Of a stretch of DNA of 50,314 bases, positions 28,321 to 38,305 are shown one piece after another. Every line of letters starts with the position of its first letter. Position 1 is the first letter of the stretch. The position numbers and the translations under genes were made by a program. Below the pieces are notes generated by a model, which was not told the origin of the DNA, did not search any database, and saw only the letters and a program-made list of their open reading frames with translations. The stretch comes from Lentisphaeria bacterium (GTDB taxonomy: Bacteria > Verrucomicrobiota > Lentisphaeria > Victivallales > UBA1829), in NCBI GenBank assembly GCA_017456495.1, contig JAFTJI010000099.1, positions 1-50,314 of the forward strand. Direction: 5' to 3'.

Positions 28321-28779
28321 TTATTTTGCAACTTTTTTAGCGGCAGGTTTTGCGGGCTTAGCTGCGGGTTTCGCAACAGGCTTTGTTGCAGGTTTAGCTG
28401 CGGGTTTCGCAACAGGCTTTGTTGCGGGCTTAGCTGCGGGTTTTGTAACAGGAGCAACTGCAGGAGCAGACTGAGGTGCAGTTTTCGCTGCGTCTTCGGT
28501 GACCGCAAGGGCTGCACTGCTGTCAGCCGTACTGGAAGCAGATGCTTTTCTGCCGGAAACAGCTGCCAATGCCAGTGTTACAACGAAGAAAATTGCGATC
28601 AGAACCACCGTCAGTTTTGACAAATGATTCATTGTCTGTGCACCAAACACAGTTTCACCGGCTCCGCCGAATGCAGATCCCAATCCGCCGCCCTTTGACG
28701 GCTGAACAAGTACAAGACAAATCAACAAAATTGCAATAATAACCGCAATAGTGTAAAGAATTACGCTCAAAACGCCCAT
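28321..28779 (-). CDS. secG: Preprotein translocase subunit SecG with Ala/Lys/Pro tail
   Basis: LVLVQPSKGGGLGSAFGG...FGA; two TM helices. Confidence 0.9.
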   Translation of the reverse strand: MGVLSVILYTIAVIIAILLICLVLVQPSKGGGLGSAFGGAGETVFGAQTMNHLSKLTVVLIAIFFVVTLALAAVSGRKASASSTADSSAALAVTEDAAKTAPQSAPAVAPVTKPAAKPATKPVAKPAAKPATKPVAKPAAKPAKPAAKKVAK

Positions 28780-28920
28780 TTTTCTTACCTTTCGTTAGTT
28801 AATGACAATATTTTCACCTGATACAATAATCTATATTTCACTATTTTTCAACCCCAAAGATCATAAAATAAGGTTTTTTTTTGTAAATATTTCTTATTTT
28901 CAGCACTTGACAAGCTCTTA

Positions 28921-29682
28921 TTACGCATTTTCCAGTAATTTTTGAAGGACCAAAACCAACAAAAATCCGCCGATCATGGAAAAAGTCGCCTGTTTTTCAA
29001 AACCATGAGAGTGCGTTTCCGGAATCATCTCATCACTGATCACATAAAGCATCGTCCCTCCGGCAAATGACAGAAAGAACGGCATCAGCATGCTTGTCAC
29101 TTTTATCAAGCCGAACCCAAGCCCCATGCCCAACATGCTGATCACGCCGATCCCCACCGAAATCAGAAGTGTCCGCTTGATGGTCACTCCAATCGCAAGA
29201 AGCGGTGCAACGATCACCATCGCTTCCGGAATATTCTGCAGCGCAATACTGCCCGTAACAGTCAGGATATCTCCGGTATTTTCTGTTCCGAAACTGACCC
29301 CGGCAGCCAGCCCTTCCGGGAATTTATGGATGGCAATCGCAGAAATGAACAGCAAAACTTTTCCGGTTCCGGCATTGTGAGTGTGTTCTTCCTGATCCAG
29401 TCCGGCAAGTTTATGCAGATGCGGAGTGATCCTGTCAAGGATACTGACCAGGGTTGCCCCTGCCAGCACACCGCAGACTGTCATAGCAAGAGAATATTTC
29501 CCCTCAGACTCCATTGCGGGGAGGATCAAACCTACAATTGCCGCAGCCAGCATGATTCCGGAGGCACAGCCCAGAATCAAGTCATTATATTTATGCGGGA
29601 TCTTCCGGATCAGAACGCCGAAAGCGGTTCCTGCAACAGAGGAGATTCCGACAGCGGCAGCTGTTATAAGAAAAAGACTCAT
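28921..29682 (-). CDS. ZIP family metal transporter
   Basis: AIAIHKFPEGLAAG, IALQNIPE, EMIPETHSHG. Confidence 0.9.
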   Translation of the reverse strand: MSLFLITAAAVGISSVAGTAFGVLIRKIPHKYNDLILGCASGIMLAAAIVGLILPAMESEGKYSLAMTVCGVLAGATLVSILDRITPHLHKLAGLDQEEHTHNAGTGKVLLFISAIAIHKFPEGLAAGVSFGTENTGDILTVTGSIALQNIPEAMVIVAPLLAIGVTIKRTLLISVGIGVISMLGMGLGFGLIKVTSMLMPFFLSFAGGTMLYVISDEMIPETHSHGFEKQATFSMIGGFLLVLVLQKLLENA

Positions 29683-30290
29683 CAGTCCTCCGCTCTTTTG
29701 AAATTGGTGATATCGTCCACTTTACCGAAATGCTTTCTGTAAGCACCTCCGGCATCGTTCCGTTTTCCGCAATTCGGGATATCTGTCGCGCCGAACTTGC
29801 TTGCGGCATCATCGCCCAGCAGTTTATTTGCTCCGCCGGACCCCAGGTCAAATTTATTCTTATTGAACACGCCGGGATATACATATATAACAGGAGAGCC
29901 CCAGCCGTCAAGAATAAGAATATCATCCCCCTTCCGGACGATATTTACCCCTTTGATCCCGGTGATCTCATCACTGCTGTTGTAGGAAACATCATCAAAG
30001 AAGGCAATCAAACTTCCCTTATCATCTTTGCTGTCTTTAACCGGGATCCTGAACACAGCCTGCCCGATTTCTTTATCAGGTTTTCCATTCAAAGCAGGAT
30101 AGCTGCCGTACTTATTTTTATACTGCTCCAATGCCATTTCCAGCATTTTGATCGTGGTCTGAGTCTGAACTTCGCGATTTCTGTTCTTAACATAAGCTGT
30201 AACGCCGAGAGAGATCCCGGCAAGGATGCCGATAATTGCGACAACGGTCAAAATTTCAACTAGAGAGAAGTAAGAGAGTTTCCGTTTCAT
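29682..30290 (-). CDS. GspG-like pseudopilin
   Basis: FSLVEILTVVAIIGILAG, ALEQYKNKYGSYP, DGWGSPVIY, DDITNF. Confidence 0.8.
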   Translation of the reverse strand: MKRKLSYFSLVEILTVVAIIGILAGISLGVTAYVKNRNREVQTQTTIKMLEMALEQYKNKYGSYPALNGKPDKEIGQAVFRIPVKDSKDDKGSLIAFFDDVSYNSSDEITGIKGVNIVRKGDDILILDGWGSPVIYVYPGVFNKNKFDLGSGGANKLLGDDAASKFGATDIPNCGKRNDAGGAYRKHFGKVDDITNFKRAED

Positions 30291-30414
30291 AATAAAATCC
30301 TTTCCTGCTGTATTTCTGTTGTAACATAACAGCAGAATGCAGCGGTGTCAAGTCCGGAATAAAAAAAAAGACGATCCCGGAGTTGGAATCGTCTTGAAAA
30401 GCGGCAAGTTTCAA

Positions 30415-30804
30415 TTACTTGACAGCGTTCCCGGAGATGTCGATGGTCTTGACAGTGAACGGGAAGATCCAGAAATCGCTTCTGCAGGAAGTAAGATCTG
30501 TAATGGAGGTTGCATCCAGAGAAGCGGCTTTCTTGGTGATCATGCGGGTGGCATTTTCAATTTTCACGGTATCTCTGAAAACAACACACTGACCAATCTT
30601 TGCAGTATTACCGGTAAAGACGGGCAGAAGGTTCAGGAAGTAAACGCCCCAGACCTGTCCGTTCAAATGTGCAATAGAGGTTGCATTCGGATTTTCTGTC
30701 AGGCGGAGATTGTTGAGTTGGGGAGCTGTTTCCACAGAGGAACAAGCAGTGAATCCGGCAAGCATAGCAGCAGCCGCGAGAACCATGATTGTTTTCTTAA
30801 GCAT
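30415..30804 (-). CDS. Lipoprotein of unknown function
   Basis: Lipobox-like FTAC after a signal peptide; RBS AAAGGA. Confidence 0.7.
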   Translation of the reverse strand: MLKKTIMVLAAAAMLAGFTACSSVETAPQLNNLRLTENPNATSIAHLNGQVWGVYFLNLLPVFTGNTAKIGQCVVFRDTVKIENATRMITKKAASLDATSITDLTSCRSDFWIFPFTVKTIDISGNAVK

Positions 30805-30900
30805 CTTTTTATCCTTTATGTTTTGTTGATGTTTGCTGATACTAATTTACATCCATTTGAAGATTCTTCAAGTGAACTTTGAAAAAAAACTTCCGTTTTC

Positions 30901-32397
30901 TCACTCTTCCGTCTTTTTCACGCCGCGCTTCTTGGAATCCGGACGCAAATAAACAGTTGTCTTTTTCGCTTTCAGCTTGACACCGCGGTTTTTCCCCTGT
31001 TTTTTAACAGTTGCTTTGTGTTCGATAAACACCAGTTCCCGCCGTTCCCGTGCCCGGAACTCAAGACGGATCGGCATCCCGGTGAAACCAAAGGCTTTCC
31101 GGATGTAATTTTCAAGATAAACTTTGTAGTTATCCGCCAAAAGTTTGGGATCGTTCACAAAAAGCGCGATGGTCGGCGGAGGGTTCTTGATCATCGTTCC
31201 GTAATAAATCTTGAACGCCTTTGTTCCCTTGATGGGGGCACTGTAACGGTTTTCCGCATCTTCCAGAATACGGTTCACCATGGCAGTAGAGACCTTGATG
31301 GACATCTGAGCCCGGACTTCTGCGATCGCAGAGTAGAGCAGTTTCACGTTGTAACCGCTGATGGCGCAGGTGAAAACCACCGGAGCATAGACAAGTTTCG
31401 GCAGGGTATAGCGGATCTCGTTCAGGACATCCTGCTGTTTCAAACCGGAACAGGTATCCCACTTATTAGCAACGATAATACAGGGTTTTCCGGCATCGCC
31501 GATCATCTTCGCGATCGTCTTATCCTGAGCCGTTGCCCCGAACTGGTCGGACGTAACAAGGAAAAGAACGATATCGCATTTTTCCACAGCTTCGGAAGCG
31601 CGCATCATACTGTAACGCTCGACTGCGCTGTCGACTTTGGATTTCCGGCGGAGTCCGGCGGTGTCGATCAGGGTCGCGGGGACATCTTCATCACCGCAGG
31701 GCAAGGTAAAATCGACGTCGATGGAGTCACGGGTCGTACCTGCGACATCGCTGACGATCACGCGCTCTGCCCCGAGCATTTTGTTGACGAGAGAAGATTT
31801 TCCCGCGTTGGGTCTTCCCACGACAGCGATCCGGAGCCGGGGCTCATTTTCAGCTGTTTCCGAAGCATTTTTGGCAAACTCAGCCAAGGCTCCGTCAAGC
31901 AGATTCTGGATCCCTTTCCGGTGCAAACTGGAGACGGGATAAACTTTCTTGAATCCGAGTTTATGAAACTCTTCCACGCCCTCGTTTCTGCCGAAATCAT
32001 CCACTTTGTTGACGACCAGAATGATATTCCGTCCGGTTGCACGGAGGCGCGCCGCGATCTCCTGATCCAGCGGAGTCAAACCGTCGTTGACATCTGTAAC
32101 AAACAAAATCGTATCAGCTTCTTCGATAGCAGTTTCCACCTGTTTTTCGATGGAGGTATCCCAGAAACCGACACCTTTTTTCTCTCCGGAGTACATGGCG
32201 AGCCCGCCTGTATCAACCAGCTGATAACGTTTTCCATTATAAACACCCGTTGTGGAAACTCTGTCACGGGTCACACCGCTGTCAAAGTGAACAATTGCGT
32301 GCCGCCGTTTCAGTATTGCATTGAAAAGAGAAGATTTTCCCACATTCGGACGCCCGACAATGACGAGTGTCGGGAGACTCTTTCTGTTTTCTTCCAT
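30901..32397 (-). CDS. der: Ribosome biogenesis GTPase Der (EngA)
   Basis: Tandem GTPase domains GRPNVGKSS and GRPNAGKSS, DTGG/DTAG, NKVD/NKWD, KH-like C-terminus. Confidence 0.97.
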   Translation of the reverse strand: MEENRKSLPTLVIVGRPNVGKSSLFNAILKRRHAIVHFDSGVTRDRVSTTGVYNGKRYQLVDTGGLAMYSGEKKGVGFWDTSIEKQVETAIEEADTILFVTDVNDGLTPLDQEIAARLRATGRNIILVVNKVDDFGRNEGVEEFHKLGFKKVYPVSSLHRKGIQNLLDGALAEFAKNASETAENEPRLRIAVVGRPNAGKSSLVNKMLGAERVIVSDVAGTTRDSIDVDFTLPCGDEDVPATLIDTAGLRRKSKVDSAVERYSMMRASEAVEKCDIVLFLVTSDQFGATAQDKTIAKMIGDAGKPCIIVANKWDTCSGLKQQDVLNEIRYTLPKLVYAPVVFTCAISGYNVKLLYSAIAEVRAQMSIKVSTAMVNRILEDAENRYSAPIKGTKAFKIYYGTMIKNPPPTIALFVNDPKLLADNYKVYLENYIRKAFGFTGMPIRLEFRARERRELVFIEHKATVKKQGKNRGVKLKAKKTTVYLRPDSKKRGVKKTEE

Positions 32398-32433
32398 ATC
32401 GTTAAATAACCTTTCAAAATCGAATTGACCGGA

Positions 32434-33465
32434 TCAATTGATCGCATCTTTCGCGACTTCTCTGTCGTGGAAAAGAGCAACCGCGAGAACGGACCAGGCT
32501 CCGGCATAGAGCGTACAGTAAATGAAAGACCAGACAATATAGGACAGAGGAACCTGTGTGTGAGATGCCAGAGCATCCGCCATCCAGAAATACTGCCAGT
32601 CCGGAAGGAACAGCCGCGCAATTCCTCCGCATATCGTTTTGAACACAGATGCCACTGATTCTGCAGTCTCAACAGGCAGCCAGGAGAACAACGCATCAGG
32701 TGCTGAACTCTGTGTCCAGTTCTTGGAAATAAATTTTGAAATCAGCCCGAGGAGGAACAGCAGGGAACAGATCGTCAGATTGGTAACGATCCCTACACGG
32801 GTCGCAAGAGCTGCAGCAATCGCACCCATGATCCAGACAGCCGGGAACAGCAGCAGGATCGCTGCAATATACTGCATGGGCGGAACAAAACCTTCATCAT
32901 CCGGGGTACCGCGGATAATAAAAACCGCAATGGAAAACAGGGGAACCGCAATGGTCATAAAGACCGCTGCATAAGAGGTAAAGCAGACGCCCTTCAAATA
33001 GTTGTAAACCCCTGCAGCTGCGCAGCAGAGAGCCAGAAGAATAAAGTAAGCCGACATCACAGGAAGGTCGATCCGGAACTGATCTTTTGCAATCATGATC
33101 GCGGTAAATCCGGCAGAACCGAGCAGAAGGGTGAACATTGTCAAAGCAGCCATAAGCCCGGTAAGCTTGGCAAGAATAAAGCTCCAGCGTGTCACAGGTT
33201 TGGAAAGAAGAAGCAGAACCGTTCCGTTCCGCATTTCACGGGTAATGGTATGACTCGAACAGAGTGTCGCTGTAACCAATCCCAACACCAGCGTGATCGC
33301 CATGGCACTGTCGACAACCAGCTTGACCTGTTCACGGAAAACATACATGGTAAAAGTGGGAAGGATCCCGATCATACAGACACCGATCAGGAGCAGCAGA
33401 AAGAAGACAGGTTCGCGCACGCACTCCCTGAAAGTGTTCTGGACAAGACGAAAATAGATATTCAT
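32434..33465 (-). CDS. ABC-2 type transporter permease
   Basis: NTFRECVRE, REMRNGTVLLLLSKPVTRWSFILAK; multiple TM helices. Confidence 0.8.
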   Translation of the reverse strand: MNIYFRLVQNTFRECVREPVFFLLLLIGVCMIGILPTFTMYVFREQVKLVVDSAMAITLVLGLVTATLCSSHTITREMRNGTVLLLLSKPVTRWSFILAKLTGLMAALTMFTLLLGSAGFTAIMIAKDQFRIDLPVMSAYFILLALCCAAAGVYNYLKGVCFTSYAAVFMTIAVPLFSIAVFIIRGTPDDEGFVPPMQYIAAILLLFPAVWIMGAIAAALATRVGIVTNLTICSLLFLLGLISKFISKNWTQSSAPDALFSWLPVETAESVASVFKTICGGIARLFLPDWQYFWMADALASHTQVPLSYIVWSFIYCTLYAGAWSVLAVALFHDREVAKDAIN

Positions 33466-33574
33466 TGCAAAAATTCCTCAGTTTTTTTTCATTTTTTTTC
33501 AATTTTTCATTTGCCGAAATGCAAAGATGGTATATTTTATATGTTCATTGCGAAAAATGCAAATCGGAGAAGCC

Positions 33575-34483
33575 ATGAATAACCAACTTTTTCAAAAAAA
33601 AATGCCATCTTTTAACAAAATAGACCGTTTCGACGGCTCTTTCGTTCCTTCCGCAATCATTTTTATGAGCGGATCGGGGACCAATGCCGTAAAATTACTG
33701 GAATCACCCGACTGCGGGAAATTATGGAAATGTTCTGCAATCGTCACCGACAGAGTCAAGGGCTGCCGCGCTAAAGAAATCGCGGAACGTTTCAACGTGC
33801 CCTATATCCTCCATGACATTTTCCAGTTTTACAGGGACCACGGCGCAGAAACCATCTCTGTCGCAACAGAACGCGGAATGGAACTGCGGAACCTCTGGAC
33901 CGATGAATTACGGAAAAAAATCGCTGATGTCCCCCACGATTTCGGACTGCTTGCGGGGTTCGTCCCCCTCTCCAATATCGTGGCAGATTTCCCGTGTCTC
34001 AATGTTCATCCCGGCGATTTGACCATAGAAAAGGACGGTGTCAGGCTTCTTGCAGGGCTTCACTCCGGTCCGGTGGAAACTGCGATCCTGGAAAAACATC
34101 CGGCTCTCCGGAGCAGTGTTATCATCGCAACGCCCTATATCCCCGGCGAAAAAAATGTCGATGCCGGTTTTGTCCTCGGAATCTCGGATCCGGTGGCAGT
34201 CGAACTTCCGGAAGGCGTTACTGTTGAGCAGCTTCAGGCTTGCAAAAAAAGCCGGGTAAAAGGTCGGGATGATCTCCTCGGAAAAATCGCAGATGAACAT
34301 ATTGACCGTCTGAAAGAAGGCGGTGACTGGAAACTCTTCCCTGCTGTAACAAAGGCATTCACACAAGGAAGATATGCGTATTCAGAAAACAATACTCTTC
34401 TGTGGAAATGCGACGACGGTATTTTCCGGGAAGTCAAAACGGTCCTCTTTGAAAACGGTGAAATGACTCCGGTATTTCTCTAA
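33575..34483 (+). CDS. Formyltransferase family protein (PurN-like)
   Basis: IFMSGSGTN, LAGF, LNVHPGDL, VDAG. Confidence 0.75.
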   Translation: MNNQLFQKKMPSFNKIDRFDGSFVPSAIIFMSGSGTNAVKLLESPDCGKLWKCSAIVTDRVKGCRAKEIAERFNVPYILHDIFQFYRDHGAETISVATERGMELRNLWTDELRKKIADVPHDFGLLAGFVPLSNIVADFPCLNVHPGDLTIEKDGVRLLAGLHSGPVETAILEKHPALRSSVIIATPYIPGEKNVDAGFVLGISDPVAVELPEGVTVEQLQACKKSRVKGRDDLLGKIADEHIDRLKEGGDWKLFPAVTKAFTQGRYAYSENNTLLWKCDDGIFREVKTVLFENGEMTPVFL

Positions 34484-34534
34484 CTGCCTGATAGCCCCAC
34501 AGTACGGAAAACAACACCGTTACTGCACATAAAA

Positions 34535-34575
34535 AAGTGGAATGTCACCCATCATTTCGAGTGACATTCCGCTTT
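34535..34575. terminator. Hairpin, likely bidirectional terminator between convergent genes
   Basis: AAGTGGAATGTCAC...GTGACATTCCGCTTT. Confidence 0.6.
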
Positions 34576-34660
34576 GATTATGACCGGGTTATAACTGTTC
34601 GACAACTGTCTGTCCGGGAAACAGCTTTTCCGGCAAGATTGACGACCTTATTATCAAGGA

Positions 34661-35071
34661 TTAAAGCAAAGACTTGCACTTCTTACTTATTATGGAAGCT
34701 GTGACATCAAGATCCGGTGTCGTAACCTCTTCCACTTCGCTCTTTTCCTCTTCTTCCTCTTCTTCGTCTTCATCTTCTTCGTACTCGACGTCACCCTCGC
34801 TGTCGAAATAGGTCTTTGTCAATTTTTCCAATGTTCTCTGCATATCAGCATCCTGATAACAATACACTGCACCTCCGGCAACACCGGCAACCAGCAAAGC
34901 GATCACACTCCAGATAATGATTTTTTTCGCAGGACTTTTCTTGATAACTGTTTCAGGGGAAACAAGGAAATTTTCATTACAGACAGGACACTTGATTTCT
35001 GTGTCTTTCATTTCTGCTGTAATTTCGATAGATTTCTGACAATGTGTGCAACGAGTTTTCATGATTTTCAC
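34661..35071 (-). CDS. Zinc-ribbon membrane protein with acidic tail
   Basis: CTHC...CPVC, one TM helix, Glu/Asp run. Confidence 0.65.
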   Translation of the reverse strand: MKIMKTRCTHCQKSIEITAEMKDTEIKCPVCNENFLVSPETVIKKSPAKKIIIWSVIALLVAGVAGGAVYCYQDADMQRTLEKLTKTYFDSEGDVEYEEDEDEEEEEEEKSEVEEVTTPDLDVTASIISKKCKSLL

Positions 35072-36164
35072 CTTTTCCTTTCGGTTTTATTTTGTTGTTT
35101 CTGTTATAGAAGAAAAACTACAGGTAAAAATCTGACAGAGGGAAATAAAAAAAAATCAAATTTGCAGATACTTCCGGTACTCCGATTCCTTCAGATCTAC
35201 AACCTGACCGACAAACGGCTGCAATATCGCCACAATATCCCGATGATCCTCCTCCGAATACTCCTCAATCGAATACCGGATATCAGGATTCTCAGGATCA
35301 AACGTCCCCACATTATCCGTCGCAGATTTGATTTGATTCGGATAAAAAGCAACAACTTCATCACCGTTTTTGGATTGCATTACACCATCATATCCATTAC
35401 GTTCAAGCCAGGAACGAAATTCATGTTCACCATAAAAATCACGCAGCAATCTGTATGGAATTTCAACAGTGAGATCTCTTCTTGAAAAGCCTCGATCCTG
35501 AAAATACAAATGTGTTGCCAAAAGCTGTAAATCTGTATTTGAACCGGGATTGTAAATGCGTTCAGAAAAACCATATTCAATCCATGTATGTCCATTTTCT
35601 TCATGCTTTACAGGATCTGCTTCAATAACAATTTCATCGGAATTTGAACTTTTCCGGATAGAAAATTTTTTGTTGTGATACACATCGATAAACATTCTGG
35701 CATATTTATCAAGCGTGATTTCTCCTGCAAAATCCCCATTTTTATCATAGGTACTCAAAGTAAAATCTTTAAGTAATTCAGGAAATAACTTCACAGCATT
35801 AACAATTTCAACAGAATTTACTTCGTCTCCTAAAACTGGTTTTCCATTCCAATAATACAGACTTTCAGAGAAATAAAATGGATTTTTAATACTCAAATAA
35901 AACGGGTAAACATTCTTTCCATAATATCCAGCTTCTCCTTCACTTGCTTTGCCATTTCCAAAAGTAAAATAAAAGCCACGTCCAAAAAATCCATTATCAC
36001 CACTTCCTGATCCGCGATATTTATCAGAAAAAACAGCTTCACCGGAAGGCTCTGAAAACATATCCCAATTTGTCCCATGATAAACCACCATTGGATCACC
36101 ATTTTCATCCACAACCTTGCTTTTGCCAAACCACTTTTTAAACTGCAAAGTTTCCGTTTGCGGC

Positions 36165-36270
36165 TTGACTTTTAAGCCAACATCGGCTATATTACGCATG
36201 ACGGAATCAAATGCGTATCTGTTGGGGAATTGCACCCCTTCAGCATTAAGTATTGATTCCGCTTTTTTTT
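36165..36270 (+). ncRNA. Putative antisense small RNA unit (promoter, hairpin, U-tract)
   Basis: TTGACT-17-TATATT; closing stem CGGAATCAA/TTGATTCCG; T8. Confidence 0.55.
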
Positions 36271-36864
36271 GTGCATAAAGAACACTTGGTATTCCATTTT
36301 TTTCTTTTTCAACAGCATTTTTTGCTAACTTTGAAAATGCATTTGCACGACCTTGCGCTGAAGTCATAATATGAGCATCTATTTTATTTTGCTCTGAACG
36401 ACCATTCAATAAAATCGGCACAACAACAGCATCACCGTTTTTATCTGTCAATTCAAGAATGACTACAACACTTGTATCCGGATGAGTTTCTGAAGTAATT
36501 ACCATCAAAGGATTTTCAAGTTTTTCAGGAATCTGTTTGATCAATTCTCCCAAATCATGATTATGATCCTTCTCTGTTTTCTTTGGTAAATAAATACTCT
36601 CAATATGTTTTGCTGTTGTCATTATCGGCAATTTGGAAAAACCCATGTCAATAAAAATTTGCGGTGTATCACGCATAAAAACAGACCCATTGCCTGAATA
36701 TGTATGATTTAAAACAGCATCAACACTGTTAGAAAATGGAATTTGATAAAAAACTTTACCGTTTTCCTCCATTTTTCCCTGTTCATCAACAGAATACCGG
36801 ATCCCGTTACCTCCGTTTAAGTCCGTTCCCGTCCGTAATTCTCCGTCATTTTCCGTTCCATCAC

Positions 36865-36961
36865 TTGAATTTTCCGGAATCAATGATATACTATGATCGG
36901 TCAACATTCCGGTCGCGGACGCTCCTCTTTGAGCGAATTTACGGCGTTTGTTGACTTTTTT
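36865..36961 (+). ncRNA. Putative antisense small RNA unit
   Basis: TTGAAT-16-TATACT with extended TG; closing stem GTCAACA/TGTTGAC; T6. Confidence 0.5.
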
Positions 36962-37131
36962 ATTGCTGTAAAAAGACTTGAAATCACCCCTGTTTCCAGT
37001 TGATAAGGTATAAACTGTTTTACCAATTTTATACTTATAAACTTTATTACGCCGTTTTTTCCCCTTTTTATTTTTTGTTATTTCAATTGCCGGCGTTTCT
37101 GCTAAGGCTAGGAGAAATTGAAAAATCTCGC

Positions 37132-37239
37132 TTGACAAAATCAATTAGTTGTTGTATTGTAAGGCTGCGGTCGGCTGATGGATCAACAACCCCAAGACTG
37201 TAATCTTGTGTTTGTCCCACGTACAGAGACCGCTTTTTT
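37132..37239 (+). ncRNA. Putative antisense small RNA unit, cloverleaf-like
   Basis: TTGACA-17-TATTGT; closing stem GCGGTC/GACCGC; T6. Confidence 0.55.
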
Positions 37240-37799
37240 ATGCTTATATCCTTGAAATACGCCCTGTTATCTGCTGCAGTATCATCAAGTTTGATTGCCG
37301 CTATATAATGTTCTCCATTAATATCTAAAAGCGCAGCATAAACAAACTGCCCCTTAAGATCTTTGCGTTTTTCCTTATGGTAAAATCAGTTTCCCTGAAA
37401 ATCTGTCCCTTTTGCGTGTCCCGCCATAGCTCTTTGAGCGGCGGCGGAAGGGTAAATTGTCACGACACGGGGTAGCGAGATAGAGAGAGATTTTTGAGAG
37501 AAATTGAGGGTTTTCTCTCAAATATACTTTGCAACTGACATCTCTGTTTAAAATAAAAAAAATTACACAATCCTGACTCTCGCAAGGGAGAAAACTTCAC
37601 GGGCAGCGCAAGCTGACCTCTTCACAAGTGTAATGGAGCGTAAGCGGAATGAAACGTCTTCACAAGCAAGGCGTTGCCTGAGTTTTAGTGAAAAGCGGCT
37701 GTCGCCGCGTGAAGATGTGAAGAGCTTTTGCGATTGCCGCTTATGCGGCAAGTTGCCCAAAGCGTGAAGTGAAGCCTTGCGGCTTCGTTCACCAAAAAT

Positions 37800-37822
37800 A
37801 AAAGCCGCCCTTTTGGCGGCTT
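37800..37822 (-). terminator. tmRNA terminator
   Basis: Minus strand AAGCCGCC-AAAAG-GGCGGCTTTT. Confidence 0.8.
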
Positions 37823-37829
37823 GAATTTT

Positions 37830-38185
37830 TGGTGGAGACGGCGGGAGTCGAACCCGCGTCCTGTGACAGCTTTCCGATGGCATCAACATGCTTTCTCCAT
37901 CTTTATCGTTTTTTCGTCTCGCGGCTGAGCCAATGGATAGGCGGCTTTGCGACTATACTGTCTGAATCTCACTGATTTAACAACAGTCCGATCAAATCAG
38001 CCAGGACTCTGACGACGTCTCAACTTCCCTTAGAGTCCGTCAGGGAGGAGACGTCACTGCAACTTAGGCAGCGAGAGCGTACTCTTCGTTCGCTTGTATT
38101 TTTTGACAGAAGTTTAACGAGGCCAACTGTCATCCTCGGCATGCAGCTGTCGGTCTACTCGTCCAGTCGAAACCATGACGTCCCC
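37830..38185 (-). ncRNA. ssrA: tmRNA
   Basis: 5' GGGGACG pairs with CGTCTCC-ACCA; T-loop GGTTCGACTCCC; tag ORF ANEEYALAA-TAA. Confidence 0.96.
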
Positions 38186-38305
38186 AGCTATTTTACAGAT
38201 AATACGCCATAATATATCATAATCTTTCAAAAACTCAATCGTTTCTTGCAATTTTTTTTCGATTTTTACAAAAAAAATCAGAAGTTTGACAAGATATCAT
38301 CAGCA

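Larger units (their letters stand above)
35156..37390 (-). pseudogene. Fragment of a phage/ICE polyvalent protein: nuclease-like domains (LPD3/PBECR-like, MuF-C-like) plus ART-PolyVal-type ADP-ribosyltransferase
   Basis: FKKWFGKSKVVDENGDPMVVYHGT, GRGFYF, GYDGV...PNQIKSATDNVGTFDPENPDIRYS; LIKQIPEKLENPLMVI. An upstream piece (37083-37390) is in another frame. No real start; abrupt end. Confidence 0.75.

Noticed and set aside
37563-37889. 108-aa ORF
   Set aside because: Starts within tmRNA and runs through its terminator and repeat-like DNA.
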